A DNA stretch of 41,102 bases from a virus. A program made the translations under genes and the position numbers. The stretch lies in UHGV virus genome UHGV-0210063; one strand, 5' to 3'. Shown here one piece after another: positions 37,473 to 41,102 of this stretch (position 1 is its first letter; each line of letters starts with the position of its first letter). The notes under the pieces are model-generated. The model was not told the origin of the DNA. It searched no databases and saw only the letters and a program-made list of their open reading frames with translations.

Positions 37473-38655
37473 CGGAGGGTTTCGTGGTCATGTTCATCGG
37501 TGTGAGATAGACATCACCACCGGGACGTGGATTCATATCTTCCAGGTCGCGGCAGTCATTGGGAGAGTAAATTCCCCAGTTGATCCCGGTGGCGTAGGCT
37601 TCAAAACGGGACTTCATATCCCCGCGCAGTAACGCCCCGGCGTTAAATTTGGCGTAATAAACGCCCTGCTTACTTTTTCGTACCAGTCCGGTGTTGATCC
37701 GCTGTTCGATGCGGGTCAGATACGGCACCAGTGAATAGTTGATAAATCCCAGCCCCAGCTCTTCGATATTGTTGAAGGTGGCGCGATCGGTGTTCTGCAC
37801 CATGTGCAACGGCACCCGGAACAGACGACAGATTTCTTCAAGCTGAAACTTGCGGGTTTCCAGGAACTGGCTGTCCTCGGCGTTCAGCGCCATCGACTTC
37901 CAGTCCAGCCCCATCTCAAGGATCATCGGGCGGTGAGCATTGCCAAGCCCGGTGTGACGCTCCTCAAAATCTTTCTTCAGGCGCTCATAAGCCTGATCCG
38001 ACAGCGTCTGTTCTGTACGCAACACACCGGACGTCACCGCACCATTGCTGAACAGTCTGGCCCCGTGCTCTTCGGTCGCTGCTGCCAGCGATATTGCCTC
38101 GCGGGCATAGGCGATGGGATTCAGTCCCACCAGACCGTCCAGCGTCAGCGTGCGCACATGCCAGATATCTTCCTGGCTCAGTACATCCGTGGAACCGTCC
38201 GGGAATGTGACCTGATAGACCGGCTCCCAGCGACTGTTAAGCTTCGGTACCACACAACCGGGATCGACGGGCAGCAGTTCAGCCACTTCGCCAAATGCTT
38301 TCACTTTGTAGGCGTAAAAGTTTCCCCTCAGGCACAGACAGGTGACCACCAGCTCCCAGAACTCCTGCGGCGTCATATAGCCATTGGGATGCGTGGAGAT
38401 CAGCTTATGCAGACGTTCGCCGGTGGCCCTCTGTTTCAGGCTGCCGTTCAGGTGATACAGATTGCAGGGCAACATCCCGACCGACTCTGCCAGCACTCTG
38501 ACGCAGGAAAAAACCGCCGTCAGTCGCATGGCCCGCTGACTGCTGATCTGCTTTCCGGTATAGGTGTCGTAAGACAACCCGATGGCATCCGCCAGCTCTG
38601 CTGGCGTGGTCACCGGCGCGTCACTTTTTCGTTGAAATAATCCCGAAAAGAACAC
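37414..38655 (-). CDS. Portal protein (HK97 family)
   Basis: 413 aa between terminase large subunit and protease. Confidence 0.85.
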   Translation of the reverse strand: MFFSGLFQRKSDAPVTTPAELADAIGLSYDTYTGKQISSQRAMRLTAVFSCVRVLAESVGMLPCNLYHLNGSLKQRATGERLHKLISTHPNGYMTPQEFWELVVTCLCLRGNFYAYKVKAFGEVAELLPVDPGCVVPKLNSRWEPVYQVTFPDGSTDVLSQEDIWHVRTLTLDGLVGLNPIAYAREAISLAAATEEHGARLFSNGAVTSGVLRTEQTLSDQAYERLKKDFEERHTGLGNAHRPMILEMGLDWKSMALNAEDSQFLETRKFQLEEICRLFRVPLHMVQNTDRATFNNIEELGLGFINYSLVPYLTRIEQRINTGLVRKSKQGVYYAKFNAGALLRGDMKSRFEAYATGINWGIYSPNDCRDLEDMNPRPGGDVYLTPMNMTTKPSDGSKAGKQKDNANADETTS

Positions 38656-38837
38656 TATTTACCTCCGCCGACAGACGGCTGTGTACGGTCGAGATATCGC
38701 GCCACCAGCCACGACCAGAACAGGCACAGCACCCCGGCAACAACAAAACCCGCCGGGGGATAAATCAGCCAGGCACCATACGCCAGCAAAAGCGCACCCA
38801 GCACGCCCACCAGTGGCGCGAGAATTATCAGAAACAT
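38655..38837 (-). CDS. Small hydrophobic protein (60 aa) between terL and portal
   Basis: Two predicted transmembrane helices; ATGA-type coupling with portal start. Confidence 0.4.
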   Translation of the reverse strand: MFLIILAPLVGVLGALLLAYGAWLIYPPAGFVVAGVLCLFWSWLVARYLDRTQPSVGGGK

Positions 38838-38848
38838 AATGACCTCGG

Positions 38849-40606
38849 TTAAAGCGAGCGGATGCCCACGCTGACCAGATGTTCAGACAGATCCAGCTCC
38901 GGTTCACCACCATTGACCAGCATCCGGCTCATTGCTGTAAACATCGCAACAGGGCCGTCGATTTTGGCTTCCTGCGTGGATTTATTCGGGAAGATATTGT
39001 CGTTTTTGTCCGGTTTTACCGTAACGTTAGACATCATCCAGTTCATGACCGGATGATTGCTGTGATGGAAACGCCCGGCATAGACCAGTGATTCCGTTTC
39101 CTTCATGGCCTCTGACAGATTGCGAACCGTCTGCGGAACCTCCACCAGCGGTATCCCTTCTTCAGCCAGTGCCAGGCTGAACTGCATCGCGCTCCACGGG
39201 TCAAATCCCAGTTCCCTGAGGTTTTCACCACCAATCCATTCCAGTAAGTCACTTTTTATCTGAGCATGATCGATAACATCACCATCCGTCAGAATCAGCT
39301 TATCCATCTCCGCCCACTTCCGGTAAAGTTCTGCCTGCTGCCGCGAGCATCGTTCCAGCCGTCCTTCCGGAAGCCAGAATTTAAAATCGGCATGAACATG
39401 CCCGTTATCCGTTCGCCAGAGTTTTGCCGCCGCACAGATATCAATCTTATGAGCAAGGTCAACGCCGACCCACATGGGATACGTTTTCAGCTCATGTCGT
39501 GGGGCAATGTATTCGCACTTCTCCCACTTAATCATGTCCATCCAGGCAGACTCTGCTGTTACCCACACATTCATGTGTTTGGTAAAAAAATTCACCCGCG
39601 CAGAGACCTGTTCTTTCGCTTTTTTCGCCAGGCGACGCAGATCATCCCAGCGTTTACAGATGCCCAAGCCGGGATTCGCTTTCTGCCAGACCGTTTCATC
39701 AAACGGATCATCTCCCTCATCGAGGGTGTAAATAATCGCAAAGTAGGAGTCGTCTTTTACCGCGCCCTCCACGTCGCTGTTATAGCCACGCAATACCTTG
39801 ATGGCGTAATCACGCTGCTCGTAACAAATCCCTTCCTTGTTAAACCCTGCCGTGGTGATACCAAATAAAAGGGACTGCAGACGGGCACCGGTTGCCGTTT
39901 CCAGAACGTCCCACACGTCACGGGTTTTATGTGCATGCAGCTCATCAATAATGGCGCAGTGGATGTTCAGACCATCTAGGTTGTTTGCATCCGAAGAAAG
40001 CGGTTCAAATTTTGATGCGCTCTGCTCCTGGTAAATCGCCAGCTTGTTGAAATCAAACAACCGCCCGAGTGTCGACCGGGCTTTTCTGACCATATTTTTG
40101 GCGTCTTCAAACACGATTCTGGCCTGGTCACGCGTGGTTGCGGCTGAATACACCTCAGCTCCGCCTTCACCATCTGCCCCCGTCATATACAGGCCGATAC
40201 CCGATGACAGAGTTGATTTTGCGTTTTTACGGGCGACTTCGTTGTACGCCGTCCGGAACCGGCGCACCATCACCGGACGTCCGCTGCCATCGCTGCGCAT
40301 GACAACTTCCCCGGTCTCTTCATTGACCAGCGGAATGACAAAACCAAAAATATTAATGAGGATAAATACATGCCAGTCCATCAACTCAATGGGCTGGCCT
40401 GCCAGCGCCCCTTTTACATGAGGCACAAATTTGTAGAAATTCAGGATGTGCTGCGCACGGGGTTCACTGAAATAAATCCCCCGCTCTTCGCCGTACTTCA
40501 GATCATCAAGAAAACGCTGGCAGGCCAGGCGGACAAATTCGCCAGCAACAATTTCTCCTGCAACAACACGTTCGGCGTAGCGGATCCCGTCAGCCACTTT
40601 TGCCAT
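38849..40606 (-). CDS. Terminase large subunit
   Basis: 585 aa; ATPase and nuclease regions; position after terS. Confidence 0.9.
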   Translation of the reverse strand: MAKVADGIRYAERVVAGEIVAGEFVRLACQRFLDDLKYGEERGIYFSEPRAQHILNFYKFVPHVKGALAGQPIELMDWHVFILINIFGFVIPLVNEETGEVVMRSDGSGRPVMVRRFRTAYNEVARKNAKSTLSSGIGLYMTGADGEGGAEVYSAATTRDQARIVFEDAKNMVRKARSTLGRLFDFNKLAIYQEQSASKFEPLSSDANNLDGLNIHCAIIDELHAHKTRDVWDVLETATGARLQSLLFGITTAGFNKEGICYEQRDYAIKVLRGYNSDVEGAVKDDSYFAIIYTLDEGDDPFDETVWQKANPGLGICKRWDDLRRLAKKAKEQVSARVNFFTKHMNVWVTAESAWMDMIKWEKCEYIAPRHELKTYPMWVGVDLAHKIDICAAAKLWRTDNGHVHADFKFWLPEGRLERCSRQQAELYRKWAEMDKLILTDGDVIDHAQIKSDLLEWIGGENLRELGFDPWSAMQFSLALAEEGIPLVEVPQTVRNLSEAMKETESLVYAGRFHHSNHPVMNWMMSNVTVKPDKNDNIFPNKSTQEAKIDGPVAMFTAMSRMLVNGGEPELDLSEHLVSVGIRSL

Positions 40607-41088
40607 CAGTCTCTCGCTTTTAAAAGCTCCGCCAGCGGATCAACATCATCCGGTCCGGCGATATTTACTTTAGCCCGGCTTGCCGGTGACATACCAAACT
40701 CTGCAAGCATTGCCCGGATCCGCTTCCAGGCATCCGCTTTCATTGCCGCCGCGGGGTGCGCCTTAATCAGTACATCACCGCTCTGCGTTTCCGTGCGGTA
40801 GGTATACCCCTCAACATCGAGTGTTTCGCAGTGATGCCGATATTCGGTGTAGGCTTCCACCAGCAACTCGAGCGCACGCGCATCAAGCTGAGAAATGATC
40901 CCTTCCGCATTCAGCTCTTCCGCCATTCGCCTGAACCAGTACTTCCCCTGAGCCCCTAAATGCTGCGGAATTTTAGGAAGACCTTTTTCATCCTTTTTAG
41001 CGGTTTTTTTGTGGTCTTTAACGGGGCGCTTTGAGGGGTTGCCTCGAATCAAATGCAGGCGTGGCGGGGTTTTCGGAGGTCCTGACAT
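40606..41088 (-). CDS. Terminase small subunit
   Basis: 160 aa basic N-terminus; immediately upstream of and overlapping terL. Confidence 0.8.
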   Translation of the reverse strand: MSGPPKTPPRLHLIRGNPSKRPVKDHKKTAKKDEKGLPKIPQHLGAQGKYWFRRMAEELNAEGIISQLDARALELLVEAYTEYRHHCETLDVEGYTYRTETQSGDVLIKAHPAAAMKADAWKRIRAMLAEFGMSPASRAKVNIAGPDDVDPLAELLKARD

Positions 41089-41102
41089 AATCGGTCTTAC
41101 CT

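Noticed and set aside
37804-38640. 278-aa plus-strand ORF
   Set aside because: Antisense to the well-supported portal gene; no start context.

Overview
The window reads as a complete ~41 kb lambdoid temperate phage genome of an Escherichia-type host, with nearly all late and structural genes on the minus strand. All calls are from reading the sequence and ORF track by eye against remembered protein families; no searches were run. In minus-strand order it carries: HK97-like head genes (terS, terL, portal, protease, capsid), a lambda-like tail (V, G/T with a -1 frameshift, H, M, L, K, I, J), lom and an stf-like side tail fibre, then attP carrying a tRNA-Ser 3' fragment. On the plus strand sit xis/int, an 808-aa exonuclease-like protein, and a cI-like repressor followed by a Qin-like ydfABC-dicF-dicB-ydfD operon. 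Back on the minus strand are a Rac-like cro/YdaT pair, an O-like replication gene with internal iterons, the nin region with RusA, a Q-like gene, a six-gene tRNA array and an S21-type lysis cassette. The HNH endonuclease and terS abut the window ends, as expected around cos. The best candidates for undescribed biology are AT-rich accessory insertions: (1) an antisense coiled-coil/zinc-ribbon gene with its own promoter between ydfC and dicF; (2) a terminator-flanked lipoprotein gene next to a hokD-like toxin; (3) a solitary GNAT acetyltransferase at the bor position; (4) an extra gene inside the lysis cassette; (5) an atypical tRNA in the array. None of these can be assigned a function from sequence alone.
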